Source: an uncultured Trueperaceae bacterium
Lineage (GTDB): Bacteria; Deinococcota; Deinococci; Deinococcales; Trueperaceae
Assembly (NCBI GenBank): GCA_963799485.1
Contig: CAWCXJ010000013.1
Coordinates: 256,001 to 320,000, forward strand
Direction: 5' to 3'
DNA: 64,000 bases
Under the pieces are notes generated by a model, which saw only the letters and a program-made list of their open reading frames with translations, was not told the DNA's origin and did no database searches. Both the position numbers and the translations under genes were made by a program. This document shows positions 28,370 through 38,860 of the stretch, one piece after another (within the stretch, counting starts at the first letter, position 1; every line of letters starts with the position of its first letter).

Positions 28370-31087
28370 GTGTTGCCGGTCACCCCTACCCTTTCTCCTG
28401 CTGCTGAAACTATACGCCTGGCAACACTTCACCGCTACGGCGTTCTCGGAACCCCACCCGAAGGGCCCTTCTCCCGGCTGACACAGCTGGCGGCAGAGAC
28501 GCTGGGCATGAGCGGCGCGGCGCTCAGCTTCGTGGGCGCGCAGCGGGTTTTTTACAAGGCGCAGCAGGGCGCGTCCGGGCGTTCGTATCCGCGCGCGCAG
28601 ACGCTCTGCGGCGCTGCCGCTTTCGCTGCCGAGCCCCTTGTCCTCGAGGACGCTGCCTCAGGTGAAGCCGCAGACTTGGCGTTCGTCCGGCAAAACAGCG
28701 TGCGGTTTTATGCAGGTGTCCCACTCGTTGCTCCCGACGGCGCAGTACTCGGCGCGCTGAGCGTTTTCGACCGTGTGCCGCGTGCTGCGGCTCAGGTACA
28801 AGTCAAACTGCTGGAAACACTCGCGCGGACGGTGCTGGACTTGCTCGCCGCGCGGCGCGGCGCGTTGGCACGAAGCCAAGCCGAAGCGACCGAAGCGCGC
28901 TTGACCGAGTTGCTCGAGCGCACCTCTTGTTATGCGTTTAGCGTCGCTGCCGATGGACGCCTCGACTACCTGAGCGGCCCCCTTAAAACCGCGTTGGGTT
29001 ACCGGACACCCCCGGAATATTACCGCGACCTCTACCCGCCGGAAGCTCAGGCGGCGGCAACGGCAGCGCTCGCCGAAGCTCACGCTACGGGTCAAAAACA
29101 GCTGGTTACGACCTTTTTAAGCCGCACCGGTAGCACGGTTCCGGCCTTCCAAGAGCTGGTGCGGTGCGGCGAGGCGGTCGCCGTTCTCGCCAGAGATTTA
29201 ACGGCGCAGGGGCAGCGCGACGCCTTCGAACAAAAACGTGCCGAGGTACTCGAGCTGACCGCGCGTGGCGCGCCGCTCCCGGCGGTGCTCCTGGAATTGA
29301 CCCGGCTTTTGGAGAGCTACTGCGAGGGACTTATCGGCGCAGTTTTCCTGGTTCAAAACGGCACCTTGCAGCTCGAGGTCGCGCCGCAACTGCCGAGCGC
29401 CTTTACCCGCCTCGTCAGCGAGTTACCGCTCGGGCCGGTAGCGGCGGCTCCCGGAGCCGCCGCACTAAGCGGCAAAAGGGTTATCACGACCGATATTCGG
29501 CACGATCCGCTGTGGCATCACCTGCGTTACTTCGCGCTGCAAAACGGCTTGCAGGCGTGCTGGGCCGAACCCATCCTGAGCGACCAGGGTGAGGTTCTCG
29601 GGACCTTCGTCCTCTACGCCTGTGAGACGAGAGCCCCCAGCGACGCCGAAAGTCGGCTTTTGCGGGAAACCGCGCAGCTCGCGGCGATCGCCGTCTCCCG
29701 GCAAAAGCTTTACGCGCAGCTCGAGCACCAGGCGCGTTACGACGCCCTGACCGGCCTGCCCAACCGGCGACTCTTGCACGAACATCTGGGACGCGCCGTT
29801 CAGCAGGTGCAAACACCGAGCAGTCAAGCCCAGGGTGAAGGGGTCGGCGTCTTTTTACTCGACCTCGACAACTTCAAGCGGGTCAACGACGCGCTCGGTC
29901 ACAGCGCCGGCGACCTCTTGTTGGTCAGCGTGACCGAGCGGCTTAAAGCGCACCTTCAGGCGCAGCTCCCGCCGCGCACCACCCTCGCGAGAAGTGGCGG
30001 CGACGAGTTCGTGTTGACCGTTCCCCTCGCCCACCGTGACGACGCCGCCCGCTTCGCTTTCGGTCTGACCGACGTCTTCGCGGCTCCCTTTACGCTGGGC
30101 GCGCGCACCTTGCACGTCGAAGCGAGTATCGGGGTCGGCTTTTACGGCGAGGACGCGAAGACGCCCCAAGCTTTGTTGCAGGCCGCCGATACCGCCATGT
30201 ACGCCGCCAAAGCCGACCGCCGCGCCGGCTCTAGGCAGGGCTACCGGCTTTACCGGAGCGAGATGACCGAACAGCTCGAGGCGCAGCTCAAGCTCGAGGC
30301 CGAGCTCAAACGGGCCTTCGCCAAAGATGAGCTCAGAGTTTTCAGCCAACCACGTTTCGACATCGCCCGGCAGCAGGTCGCAGGTTTCGAGGTACTCGTA
30401 CGCTGGCAGCACCCGGAACAGGGCCTACTGCTGCCCGGCGCCTTTTTAGGGGGCGCGCAAAAGGCCGGTTTGCTGCCGCAGCTCGACGCGTGGGTTTTGC
30501 GTCAGGTCGCGCGGCAGCTAAGTGAAGGGGCGGCGCGTGGGCGACCCGAACGGCTATCATGCAACGTGTCCGCTACGAGCTTCCAAGACCGCAGCTTTTT
30601 ACACGAACTGGAAACCATCTTGGGAGCCGACCGGGCGGTACCCGAAGGACTCGAGCTCGAGATCACCGAAAGCCTGCTGATGCAAAACCTAGACGATGTC
30701 GCTGCCAAGCTCGCCGAACTCAAGGTGCGGTTTCCGGGTATCCACGTTGCTATCGACGATTTCGGCAGCGGCTACTCGTCTTTGGCTTATTTGCGGCATC
30801 TGCCAATCGATACGCTTAAGATCGACCGGGCGTTCGTCCGTGACCTCGACCACCGCGACGGTAAGCTTCAGCGCACCGCGCTCGCCGTGATTCGCACCGT
30901 GATCGCCCTGGGCCGCGATCTGGGATTTCGCGTCGTCGCCGAGGGAGCCGAGACCGCGGGTCAACTGGGGATGTTGACCGCACTCGGCGTCGATGAAGTG
31001 CAGGGTTTCGCCATCGGCAAACCGCGCCCTATGGAAACGCGCGTATTCGAAGCACCCGGCGACGCCTTCTCGAGCAAATTTTCCTAA
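28370..31087 (+). CDS. GAF-PAS-GAF-GGDEF-EAL c-di-GMP signalling protein
   Basis: RFYAGVPL GAF; DALTGLPNR, DLDNFK, GGDEF; EVL, ELEITE, DDFGSGYSS and LKIDRAF; TAGGCT-N7-GTG start. Confidence 0.93.
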   Translation: MLPVTPTLSPAAETIRLATLHRYGVLGTPPEGPFSRLTQLAAETLGMSGAALSFVGAQRVFYKAQQGASGRSYPRAQTLCGAAAFAAEPLVLEDAASGEAADLAFVRQNSVRFYAGVPLVAPDGAVLGALSVFDRVPRAAAQVQVKLLETLARTVLDLLAARRGALARSQAEATEARLTELLERTSCYAFSVAADGRLDYLSGPLKTALGYRTPPEYYRDLYPPEAQAAATAALAEAHATGQKQLVTTFLSRTGSTVPAFQELVRCGEAVAVLARDLTAQGQRDAFEQKRAEVLELTARGAPLPAVLLELTRLLESYCEGLIGAVFLVQNGTLQLEVAPQLPSAFTRLVSELPLGPVAAAPGAAALSGKRVITTDIRHDPLWHHLRYFALQNGLQACWAEPILSDQGEVLGTFVLYACETRAPSDAESRLLRETAQLAAIAVSRQKLYAQLEHQARYDALTGLPNRRLLHEHLGRAVQQVQTPSSQAQGEGVGVFLLDLDNFKRVNDALGHSAGDLLLVSVTERLKAHLQAQLPPRTTLARSGGDEFVLTVPLAHRDDAARFAFGLTDVFAAPFTLGARTLHVEASIGVGFYGEDAKTPQALLQAADTAMYAAKADRRAGSRQGYRLYRSEMTEQLEAQLKLEAELKRAFAKDELRVFSQPRFDIARQQVAGFEVLVRWQHPEQGLLLPGAFLGGAQKAGLLPQLDAWVLRQVARQLSEGAARGRPERLSCNVSATSFQDRSFLHELETILGADRAVPEGLELEITESLLMQNLDDVAAKLAELKVRFPGIHVAIDDFGSGYSSLAYLRHLPIDTLKIDRAFVRDLDHRDGKLQRTALAVIRTVIALGRDLGFRVVAEGAETAGQLGMLTALGVDEVQGFAIGKPRPMETRVFEAPGDAFSSKFS

Positions 31088-31103
31088 GTTCTCAGCACCC
31101 GCC

Positions 31104-32099
31104 TTACCACTCACGGGTCACGTCCTCGAGCGCTTTTTCACTTACTTTCGCGTAGATCGTCGTGGTGGCGATGTTTTTATGTCGTAAATGCGTTTGTGTC
31201 CGCCGGAGGTCGCCGGTTTCCTCGTACATCCGGGTGCCGGACTGATGCCGCAAAGGGTGCAGCGCGCGGTAATCGACGCCCGCTGCGGCGCAGAGTGCGC
31301 GCAACCGTTGCCGCAGGCGTTCGTCGGCGTAGGGGAGAACCTTGCCTGCTCGAGCCTTTGCCTTGCGCCTGGTGGTGGTGTCGTTTTGGAGCAGCTCGAG
31401 GGCGCGGACGAGGCTGTTCGACAAGGCGACGCTATCGACGTAGCCGCCTTTACCGCGTACCTGCAAGCGCTGCGTCTTTAGGTTGACGGCGCGCCACTCG
31501 AGCCCCGCCGCTTCGTGCGCGCGCAAACCCGCGTGCGCGCAGAGCAGGAGCGCTACGGTGTCGGCCGGGTCGGTGGTCACTGCGAGCAGTTGCGCTAAGT
31601 CAACCTTCGGGTAAGGCTGTACTTTCTCCCACGCCGGGACGGGGTCGTGAACACCTTTAACCGACGCAAACGGGGTCGCGTCGGTGGCCCCGGCCCAGTG
31701 CAGCGCCCGGTAGAGAACGCGGGCCGCCGCGAGCGTTTTGTTTACCGTCGAGGGTGAGCGGTACCGCGCGGGGCCGTCACTACCCTCATTAAAAGGCGTT
31801 TCTTTAAGCCACGCCCGGTAACGGCTGCCCATCCGGCGGCTCGGGTGCAGGAGGTTCTCGTGCGCGTTTGCCCCGACAAAAAGCCCGACCCCGTGACGGT
31901 ACGCCTTAAAGGTCAAGCGGCTCAGGTTGTCTTTATCCGTGGTGTCCTCGAGGTACGCCTGCGTTAACACCCAGAGTGCTTCGGGGTCGCGCTCGCCCGC
32001 AGCTTTTACGGCGAAACGCCGGAGGGCTTCGTCGTCCAGGCGGCGGGTGAGATTGATTTGCTCAAGTTCCGCTTCAGGTGTATAGGGAGTCAGAGTCAT
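31104..32099 (-). CDS. Tyrosine recombinase/integrase
   Basis: Full catalytic set R (GLRAHE), K (GKGG), HxxR (HPLRH), H (LRH), Y (TTIYAK); TACACT-N5-ATG start. Confidence 0.93.
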   Translation of the reverse strand: MTLTPYTPEAELEQINLTRRLDDEALRRFAVKAAGERDPEALWVLTQAYLEDTTDKDNLSRLTFKAYRHGVGLFVGANAHENLLHPSRRMGSRYRAWLKETPFNEGSDGPARYRSPSTVNKTLAAARVLYRALHWAGATDATPFASVKGVHDPVPAWEKVQPYPKVDLAQLLAVTTDPADTVALLLCAHAGLRAHEAAGLEWRAVNLKTQRLQVRGKGGYVDSVALSNSLVRALELLQNDTTTRRKAKARAGKVLPYADERLRQRLRALCAAAGVDYRALHPLRHQSGTRMYEETGDLRRTQTHLRHKNIATTTIYAKVSEKALEDVTREW

Positions 32100-32634
32100 A
32101 GCCAAGTGTAGCCGGTAGAGGTTGAAATAGCAACGTATTTTGGAGAACGAACGATTCTAACTAATACGTTTCGGTTTTGTGAACAGTCTAAATATTCTGT
32201 TTGTGCGACTAATGTTTATGCGACTAAGCAGATGATTAGGGGAACCACACTCTTTCCGTTTATTCTCAGCGTGCGGATGCGTTCTAGAATGTCAGGGTGG
32301 TTGTCAAGCATAGCGTACGGCTCTCCGGCATCCGGTTCTGTCGCCGTAATAGCGACCTCTTCCCCGGTTTTCTCGAGGTTATCGAGAACTTCGCTCGGGA
32401 AAATTTTTCACTTGTATAAGACGCTCTCCTTACCGTCTCCAAGCTCTTGCATCAGCTTATAATATGGTGTCCAGACAGTTTCCAAAATTTATGACGTGTC
32501 CGTCCAATCCTCCTAGGGTAAACAATGCTTTAGGTTCAGCTCCCGGATTCTTTACTATAGAGATTGTGGAGCGCAAACGGCTGCGTGCACCTTTTGTAAG
32601 AGTCCCTGGTTCATGATAGAGCGAGGATACCGCG

Positions 32635-33756
32635 ATGCCAACTTCTCCCCTGCCTACCCCCCTGCTTAAACGCTCTTTCTACCTCTTCGGTCTGCCGGCT
32701 GCCATGGTCGCCGTTTCGCTGCTCGTGTTTGCCGAGTGGCGGCAAGGAACGCTGCACGTGGTCGATCTCGTGGGGCTACCTTTGCTGGTGCTCCTCTTCG
32801 GCGTTTTGACCTTTTGCTTCTGGCGTAAAACGATCTCCACCTCGAGACTCGAGACGGTCGCCTTCGGTGGGACGGTGCTGATGTACCTGGCGAGTCTGGG
32901 TTATTCGCTCTTGGGCCTTTCGCAAGCCCAGGCCGCCTTGTGGAATCTGACCGGGTTAGGTTACTGGTCGCCTATCGTCTACGCCCTGGCGTTCTTGATC
33001 TTCGGGGTCAAAGGCGGGCTCAGGATGTCGCTCGTTATCTATACGCTCTCGCTGGTCGTATGGCTCGTTCACTTTGTGACGCTCTCACGTGCAGGTAACC
33101 CACCTATGGGCGAGGCTGTTTTCTATCAGCTTTTCGCTTCGGACGGCCTGCTGCTTATCATGCTCTACGGCATGGCGCGAGCATTTGTAGCGCAGGCGCA
33201 GCAGACGGTGCGCCTCGAGCACGATGCGAACACCGACGCCCTGACGCAGCTGCATAACCGCCGCTTTTTGACCGAACGTCTGGCTCAGGAGGTCGCCCGC
33301 TCGTTACGCCAGGGCCACCCCCTGGCCGTTACGCTTATCGACCTCGACCACTTCAAACGGATCAATGACGTCTATGGTCACCATGTCGGCGACAGCGTAT
33401 TGCAGGGTGTAGGAAACCACCTGTTAGCTCATGCCCGCAAGATGGATGTGGTCGGGCGCTGGGGTGGTGAGGAGTTTCTCATCGTGCTGCCCGATACGGC
33501 GTTGTTAGAGGCGCTCGAGGTCGCTGAACGGCTGCGAACGGTGCTGGGGCAGCGCCCGGGTGAAACAGCAGAAGCGGTCACCGCCAGCTTCGGGGTTACC
33601 CAGTATAGAGCCGGTGAAAGGCTCAAGACACTTCTCGCACGGGCTGACCAGATGCTCTACCGGGCAAAAGCGGCGGGCCGCAACCAGGTTTTGGGAGATG
33701 ACAACCGCCCCGCTGATTCGGCTGCGCCGGAGGTGTTGACCGTCAATTCGTTTTGA
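32635..33756 (+). CDS. Membrane-bound diguanylate cyclase
   Basis: About 6 N-terminal TM helices; DALTQLHNRR, DLDHFK, GRWGGEEF and ADQMLYRAK motifs. Confidence 0.93.
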   Translation: MPTSPLPTPLLKRSFYLFGLPAAMVAVSLLVFAEWRQGTLHVVDLVGLPLLVLLFGVLTFCFWRKTISTSRLETVAFGGTVLMYLASLGYSLLGLSQAQAALWNLTGLGYWSPIVYALAFLIFGVKGGLRMSLVIYTLSLVVWLVHFVTLSRAGNPPMGEAVFYQLFASDGLLLIMLYGMARAFVAQAQQTVRLEHDANTDALTQLHNRRFLTERLAQEVARSLRQGHPLAVTLIDLDHFKRINDVYGHHVGDSVLQGVGNHLLAHARKMDVVGRWGGEEFLIVLPDTALLEALEVAERLRTVLGQRPGETAEAVTASFGVTQYRAGERLKTLLARADQMLYRAKAAGRNQVLGDDNRPADSAAPEVLTVNSF

Positions 33757-33793
33757 TACCGGAGGTCTCCCCTTTCAAACGGTTAGTGTTTTA

Positions 33794-33826
33794 TTTCACA
33801 ACATCTTGCTCGTGAAAACTTTGTTT
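33794..33826 (+). promoter_or_regulatory. Shared ~35-bp element, copy 2
   Basis: TTTCACAACATCTTGCTCGTGAAAACTTTGTTT upstream of pxpA. Confidence 0.65.
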
Positions 33827-33868
33827 TATCTAACCGGCTGGTTTTCTAGCATGATATTCTGGTCTGCC

Positions 33869-34633
33869 ATGAAGACCATCGACCTCAACGCCGACGCAGG
33901 TGAGTCTTTCGGCGCGTGGCGGCTAGGGCGTGATGGTGCGTTGATGCCGCAGCTCACTTCGGTAAACCTGGCGTGCGGTTTTCACGCGGGCGACGCCGGC
34001 ACGATGCGGCGGAGCGTTGCGCTGGCCCTTAAGCACGGTGTTGCCAGCGGCGCGCATCCAGGCTTCCCCGACCTCTTGGGTTTCGGGCGGCGCGACGTGA
34101 CCGCGTCACCGGATGAGGTTTACGCCGATACCCTTTATCAGCTGGGTGCGCTCAGCGCATTTTTACGGCCTCACGGCAGGGCGCTTCATCACGTCAAGGC
34201 GCACGGGGCGCTCTACCTCAAGATGCTTGTCGATGTGCCGACGGCAGCGGCAGTGGCAGCAGCAGTTAAAGATTTCGACCCGACTTTACCGCTCGTCGTG
34301 CTTGCCGGGACGGGCGGTGAACAGATGGCGGCGGTGGCGCGTGAGGCGGGGCTGAGGGCGGTGCTCGAGGCGTTCCCCGACCGGGGTTATCTAGACGACG
34401 GGCGGCTCGCCCCGCGTTCACAACCGGGTGCAGTGGTGCACGACCCGCAGGGGGTTGCCGCACGCGCGCTTCAAATGGCCCGTGACGGCACCGTTATCTC
34501 ACTGTCGGGCAAGCGGTTGGAGCTGAACGCAGAGACCCTCTGCCTTCATGGCGACGAGCCGAACGCACCCGCTTCAGCGCAGGCAGTAAGGACGGCGCTC
34601 GCAGGTGCAGGCATCGACGTTCGGACGTTCTGA
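33869..34633 (+). CDS. pxpA: 5-oxoprolinase subunit A (LamB/YcsF)
   Basis: IDLNADAGESFG, NLACGFHAGD, AHPGFPD, HVKAHGALY and LCLHGD motifs. Confidence 0.95.
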   Translation: MKTIDLNADAGESFGAWRLGRDGALMPQLTSVNLACGFHAGDAGTMRRSVALALKHGVASGAHPGFPDLLGFGRRDVTASPDEVYADTLYQLGALSAFLRPHGRALHHVKAHGALYLKMLVDVPTAAAVAAAVKDFDPTLPLVVLAGTGGEQMAAVAREAGLRAVLEAFPDRGYLDDGRLAPRSQPGAVVHDPQGVAARALQMARDGTVISLSGKRLELNAETLCLHGDEPNAPASAQAVRTALAGAGIDVRTF

Positions 34634-36132
34634 TGCCGAGCGGATTTTATCTGCGGTTTGGAACAATGCTGGACAAAACGCTCAACCGGCGTGTCCAGGG
34701 CACCGCTCAGGCTATCCTCAAAGCACCCCATCCGGCCCTGACCGATGTGATTCCCGGTTACAACACGCTTTACCTCGAGTACGACGGCAGAAAACTAAAC
34801 GAAGCCGGGTTGAAGCGGTGGTTAGCTGCGTTTCGCGCGGCAGAACCCGCACCGGGGCGGCAGCTCACCGTCCCCGTCCTTTACGATGGGCCGGATTTAG
34901 ATGACGTTGCAAAACGTACAGAGATGAGCGTCGCAGAGGTCGTCGCCCGCCACAGCGCCCGTGACTACCACGTTTACGCGCTCGGGTTTACGCCGGGGCT
35001 GGCGTTTATGGGCGATTTAGACACGGCTTTGCGTCTCCCCCGCCGGGACGCGCCCAGAGCGCAGGTTCCGGCACAAAGCGTAGCCATTGCCAACGGACAG
35101 ACGACGGTCTATCCCGTTGCGTCACCGGGCGGCTGGCATCTGCTGGGGCGTACCGTCGAACCTGTTTACAAGCCGACCGCCGACCAGCCTTTTTTGTTCG
35201 CTGCGGGCGACCGGGTACGGTTTCAGCCGGTTTCTGACAAACCTGGCGAAGCGGACGAAGGGGGACTCGAGCTTTTGCCTAGCACCCCGCAATTCCCGCT
35301 TTTACAGGTCGCCGAACCCGGTCTGCTCGATGTGATCGTCGACCGGGGCCGCTTTTTAGCCGGACACCTCGGTTTCGCCCGGAGTGGGCCGCTCGACGCG
35401 GTTTCTGCGGCGCGGGCGAACCGGCTCGTGGGAAACGAGGCGGGCGCGGCGCTGCTCGAGCTGAACTTGCAAGGTGGCGTCTACGAAGTTCTTAAGGACG
35501 GTGTGTTGGCTTTTACGGGCAGCGGGATGCAGGCGCAGCTGAACGGTGAGGGTGTGCGGGCGGACTCGAGCTTTGCGGTTCGCCGGGGCGACCGTTTGAA
35601 TTTTGTGCCAAATACAGCCGGGAGCCGGGGGTACCTGGCACCGGCGGGGGGGCTCGAGTCCCGGCGCTTTCGGGGCAGTGCGTCGGTCGATCTGCGCGGA
35701 CGCATCGGTCGGGCACTCCGTGAGGGTGACGTACTCGGGACAACGTGCGCGCACACCGCCAGGGCAGGACGGACGTTTTCACCCCACAGGTTTTACGGCG
35801 CGCTCCGGCTTGTCCCCGGCCCGCAGGCCTCGGCGGAGGCGCTCGGGGCGCTTACCCGGCAGCGTTTTACCGTCGGACGCGCCGACCGGGTGGGTGTGCA
35901 ACTCCTCGGGACAGGTATTCCCGGCAGTGTTCCCGGCGGTGAGGTTTTGTCCGAAGCAGTGCCGCTCGGCAGTATTCAGGTACCGCCGGGCGGAACGCCG
36001 CTGCTGCTCTTAAACGACCGGGGGACGTTAGGTGGTTACGCCAAACCTGCCGTGTTGCACCCGGCCGATTTGCCGCGTGCGGCGCAGCTGAGGCCGGGGC
36101 AAGAGGTACGGTTTAAGCTAACCAGGGTTTAA
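34633..36132 (+). CDS. pxpBC: Fused 5-oxoprolinase subunits B and C
   Basis: LGFTPG and YPVASPGGWHLLGRT (B); DRGR, ANRLVGN, GSIQVPPGG and TLGGY (C). Confidence 0.9.
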   Translation: MPSGFYLRFGTMLDKTLNRRVQGTAQAILKAPHPALTDVIPGYNTLYLEYDGRKLNEAGLKRWLAAFRAAEPAPGRQLTVPVLYDGPDLDDVAKRTEMSVAEVVARHSARDYHVYALGFTPGLAFMGDLDTALRLPRRDAPRAQVPAQSVAIANGQTTVYPVASPGGWHLLGRTVEPVYKPTADQPFLFAAGDRVRFQPVSDKPGEADEGGLELLPSTPQFPLLQVAEPGLLDVIVDRGRFLAGHLGFARSGPLDAVSAARANRLVGNEAGAALLELNLQGGVYEVLKDGVLAFTGSGMQAQLNGEGVRADSSFAVRRGDRLNFVPNTAGSRGYLAPAGGLESRRFRGSASVDLRGRIGRALREGDVLGTTCAHTARAGRTFSPHRFYGALRLVPGPQASAEALGALTRQRFTVGRADRVGVQLLGTGIPGSVPGGEVLSEAVPLGSIQVPPGGTPLLLLNDRGTLGGYAKPAVLHPADLPRAAQLRPGQEVRFKLTRV

Positions 36133-36141
36133 GCTAAAAAC

Positions 36142-36861
36142 GTGAAGCTCAATCTTCCAATTTACAACCGTGCCGGTCTGCGCGAACTGGCTGAGTTAAA
36201 ACCGTTTTTAAGACTTGAAGACACATTGATGCTGGTTTCGGGCAACGTTGATAAAACGCTGGATTTGGTGTGGCTCGAGACCTCTCTGGCCCAGCTTACG
36301 ACCGAGTATCCACAAGGTGTTCTCGTCGCCACGGCGGGGCTGGAACACTTGGAGCAGCTCGCCGCCGCAACCCTCCCGAACGCCGGCCTCGTCTACATCT
36401 ACGAACCCGGTTTTGCCAACGTCCCGGAATTCTCGTGGGAGGCTGGCGTAACGGTCAAAAATCTGGAGCGTGCCGCCGACCTAGTTCACGCTCACGAATC
36501 TAAGGTGGCCTTCAAGCCCACCGGACGCCCGCTGTTTCAAGGCTATCTGTTCAAGTACGGGTGGAATTACGGGGTTTTTGCCGAGCACGCCGACTTGCTG
36601 CTCGTCCAGACGCAGACGTACTGCCACGCCGGGACTTTTTCCGGGGCGGCGGAGAAGTTGGGGCTCGAGTGTGCCCAGCAGCTCGCCAAAACCTACGTTC
36701 AGGTCACGCTCGACCCGACCGCGCGCAACGGCGTTTCCCCCGAAGCTGCCGTAAATTGCGTGCAAACCGCCCAAGCGTGCGGTTTTGCGGGGGTGACGGC
36801 GTGGGGCTCGCCGCGTTTTACCGCGCAGACAGTGACGTTTCTAAAGAGCCTGCGCCCCTAA
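36142..36861 (+). CDS. Hypothetical protein, possible TIM-barrel/glycosidase-like fold
   Basis: 239-aa ORF 9 bp after pxpBC; alternating beta/alpha pattern (YIYE, LLVQTQ, VQVTL, VTAW). Confidence 0.65.
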   Translation: MKLNLPIYNRAGLRELAELKPFLRLEDTLMLVSGNVDKTLDLVWLETSLAQLTTEYPQGVLVATAGLEHLEQLAAATLPNAGLVYIYEPGFANVPEFSWEAGVTVKNLERAADLVHAHESKVAFKPTGRPLFQGYLFKYGWNYGVFAEHADLLLVQTQTYCHAGTFSGAAEKLGLECAQQLAKTYVQVTLDPTARNGVSPEAAVNCVQTAQACGFAGVTAWGSPRFTAQTVTFLKSLRP

Positions 36862-38351
36862 CGCCGGGTGCGGCGCAGATACGGCCCGGCAAGTGGCACC
36901 AGCACCGCGAGCAGGGAAATTGCCAATAAAGTTGCTGAGAGCGGCTCACGTAAAAACACGCTTGGGTCGCCTTGACTGATCGACAACGCCCGCCGAAACT
37001 GCTGCTCCGCCATCGGCCCGAGGATCATTCCGAGAACCGCCGGAGCGACCGGAAAGCCGTAACGCCGCATCAAAAAGCCTGCGCCGCCGATTAAAAAGAG
37101 CGTCACCAAATCGACCGTCGAATTACTCAAGGTGTAGGTACCGAGCGCTGCGAAGACCAAAATCCCGGCGTAGAGCAGCGGGCGCGGGATAAACAGCAGC
37201 CGTACCCAGAGCCCGACGAGCGGTAGGTTGAGGATCAGCAGCATGGCGTTGCCGATGTAGAGGCTCGCAATCAACCCCCAAACCAGGTCGGGTGAGGTTT
37301 GAAACAAGAGCGGCCCCGGTTGTAAGCCGAACTGCTGAAACGCAGCAAGCATGATCGCCGCCGTCGCCGAGGTCGGCAGACCGAGCGTCAGGAGCGGAAC
37401 GAGAACCCCGGCAGCCGAGGCGTTATTAGCCGCTTCCGGCCCGGCGACGCCTTCGATGGCACCCTTGCCGAACTCTTCGGGGCGTCGGCTGAGGCGTTTC
37501 TCGAGCGCATAAGAGAGAAACGTCGGGATTTCAGCGCCACCCGCCGGCAGCGCCCCGAGCGGAAACCCGAGCAGACTCCCGCGCAACCAGGGCCGCCACG
37601 AGCGCTGCCACTCGTCACGGTTCATCCACACCGAGCCGCCGCTAATGGGCGTGATGTCCTGGTCGCCGCGCCGAAGTCTCGAGGCCACGTAAAGGGTCTC
37701 CCCTACCGCAAAGAGTCCTACAGCGACAATCACTACACTGATGCCGTCGAGCATCGCAGGCATACCCAGCGTGTAGCGCGCCTGCCCGGTTTGCAGGTCG
37801 ATACCGACCAGACCCAAACCCAGACCCAGAAAGAGGCTTGTCATGCCGCGCAACACCGACCCGCCGAGCAGCGACGCCACCGTCGTAAAGGCTAGGATCA
37901 TCAGCGCGAAGTAGTCGGCGGGGCCGAAGCTGAGGGCAACTCTGACCATCAGCGGGGCGATGAACGTCAGGGCGATTGTCGCGAGCGTTCCGGCGATAAA
38001 CGAGCCAATTGCAGCCGTGGCCAGAGCCGCGCCGCCACGCCCACGGCGCGCCATCTTGTTGCCCTCCAACGCCGTAATAATCGAGGCGCTTTCACCGGGC
38101 GTATTGAGCAAAATCGAGGTCGTCGAACCGCCGTACATGCCGCCGTAATAGATACCGGCGAACATGATAAACGACCCCACCGGGTCGAGCCGGAAGGTTA
38201 CGGGCAACAGCAGCGCCACGGTCAACGCCGGGCCGATCCCCGGCAAGATGCCGACGACTGTTCCGAGGGTGACGCCGAGCAGCGCCCAACCCAGGTTGGG
38301 TAAGGTCAGCGCGACGGCAAAGCCGTCTAGCAGCGCACTTAACGTGTCCAC
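36858..38351 (-). CDS. tctA: Tripartite tricarboxylate transporter large subunit
   Basis: [29 protein letters not shown] and LTLGLPT motifs. Confidence 0.96.
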   Translation of the reverse strand: MDTLSALLDGFAVALTLPNLGWALLGVTLGTVVGILPGIGPALTVALLLPVTFRLDPVGSFIMFAGIYYGGMYGGSTTSILLNTPGESASIITALEGNKMARRGRGGAALATAAIGSFIAGTLATIALTFIAPLMVRVALSFGPADYFALMILAFTTVASLLGGSVLRGMTSLFLGLGLGLVGIDLQTGQARYTLGMPAMLDGISVVIVAVGLFAVGETLYVASRLRRGDQDITPISGGSVWMNRDEWQRSWRPWLRGSLLGFPLGALPAGGAEIPTFLSYALEKRLSRRPEEFGKGAIEGVAGPEAANNASAAGVLVPLLTLGLPTSATAAIMLAAFQQFGLQPGPLLFQTSPDLVWGLIASLYIGNAMLLILNLPLVGLWVRLLFIPRPLLYAGILVFAALGTYTLSNSTVDLVTLFLIGGAGFLMRRYGFPVAPAVLGMILGPMAEQQFRRALSISQGDPSVFLREPLSATLLAISLLAVLVPLAGPYLRRTRR

Positions 38352-38860
38352 TAAAGCCCTAGCGGGGCCAGCAATCCGGCAGGGAGACGCAACCCCAAGA
38401 GGCGGGTAAACGCCTCGAAAACGACGAGGGCTAAAATGAGGCCGACGACCGGGTCACGAAGCCAGGCGCGGCTGCCAAAGGCGAACGCAACGCCCCAAAA
38501 GAGCACGGCTGAAGCGAGGATAAACCCGGCGGGTCTGAGCAGCAGCACATAGAGCGCGAGGGTCACGCCGATGATGCCGACGGCCCGGTAATCTACGGGC
38601 GCTTCAGCATCGGCGTCTTCGGCTTCTTCGGGTTCGGCAGTTTGACCTCGGAGCGCCTGCACGAGCAGCAGTGCGCCGCAAAAGAGCAGCCCAAACGCCA
38701 CTAGAAACGGAAAAAAGCGTGGCCCGACGCGGGCATAGGTCTGCGCCACGTTAATTTGCAACGCGCCGTAAACGAAATAACCGCCGAGCCCCATTACACC
38801 GAGTGCGATCAGCAGGTCGCCGAGCGGAACACCGTTTTCTCGAGGTTTGTCCAACCTCAC
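38351..38860 (-). CDS. tctB: Tripartite tricarboxylate transporter small subunit
   Basis: GPRFFP and LGLRLP motifs; 4 TM helices; operon position. Confidence 0.92.
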   Translation of the reverse strand: MRLDKPRENGVPLGDLLIALGVMGLGGYFVYGALQINVAQTYARVGPRFFPFLVAFGLLFCGALLLVQALRGQTAEPEEAEDADAEAPVDYRAVGIIGVTLALYVLLLRPAGFILASAVLFWGVAFAFGSRAWLRDPVVGLILALVVFEAFTRLLGLRLPAGLLAPLGL

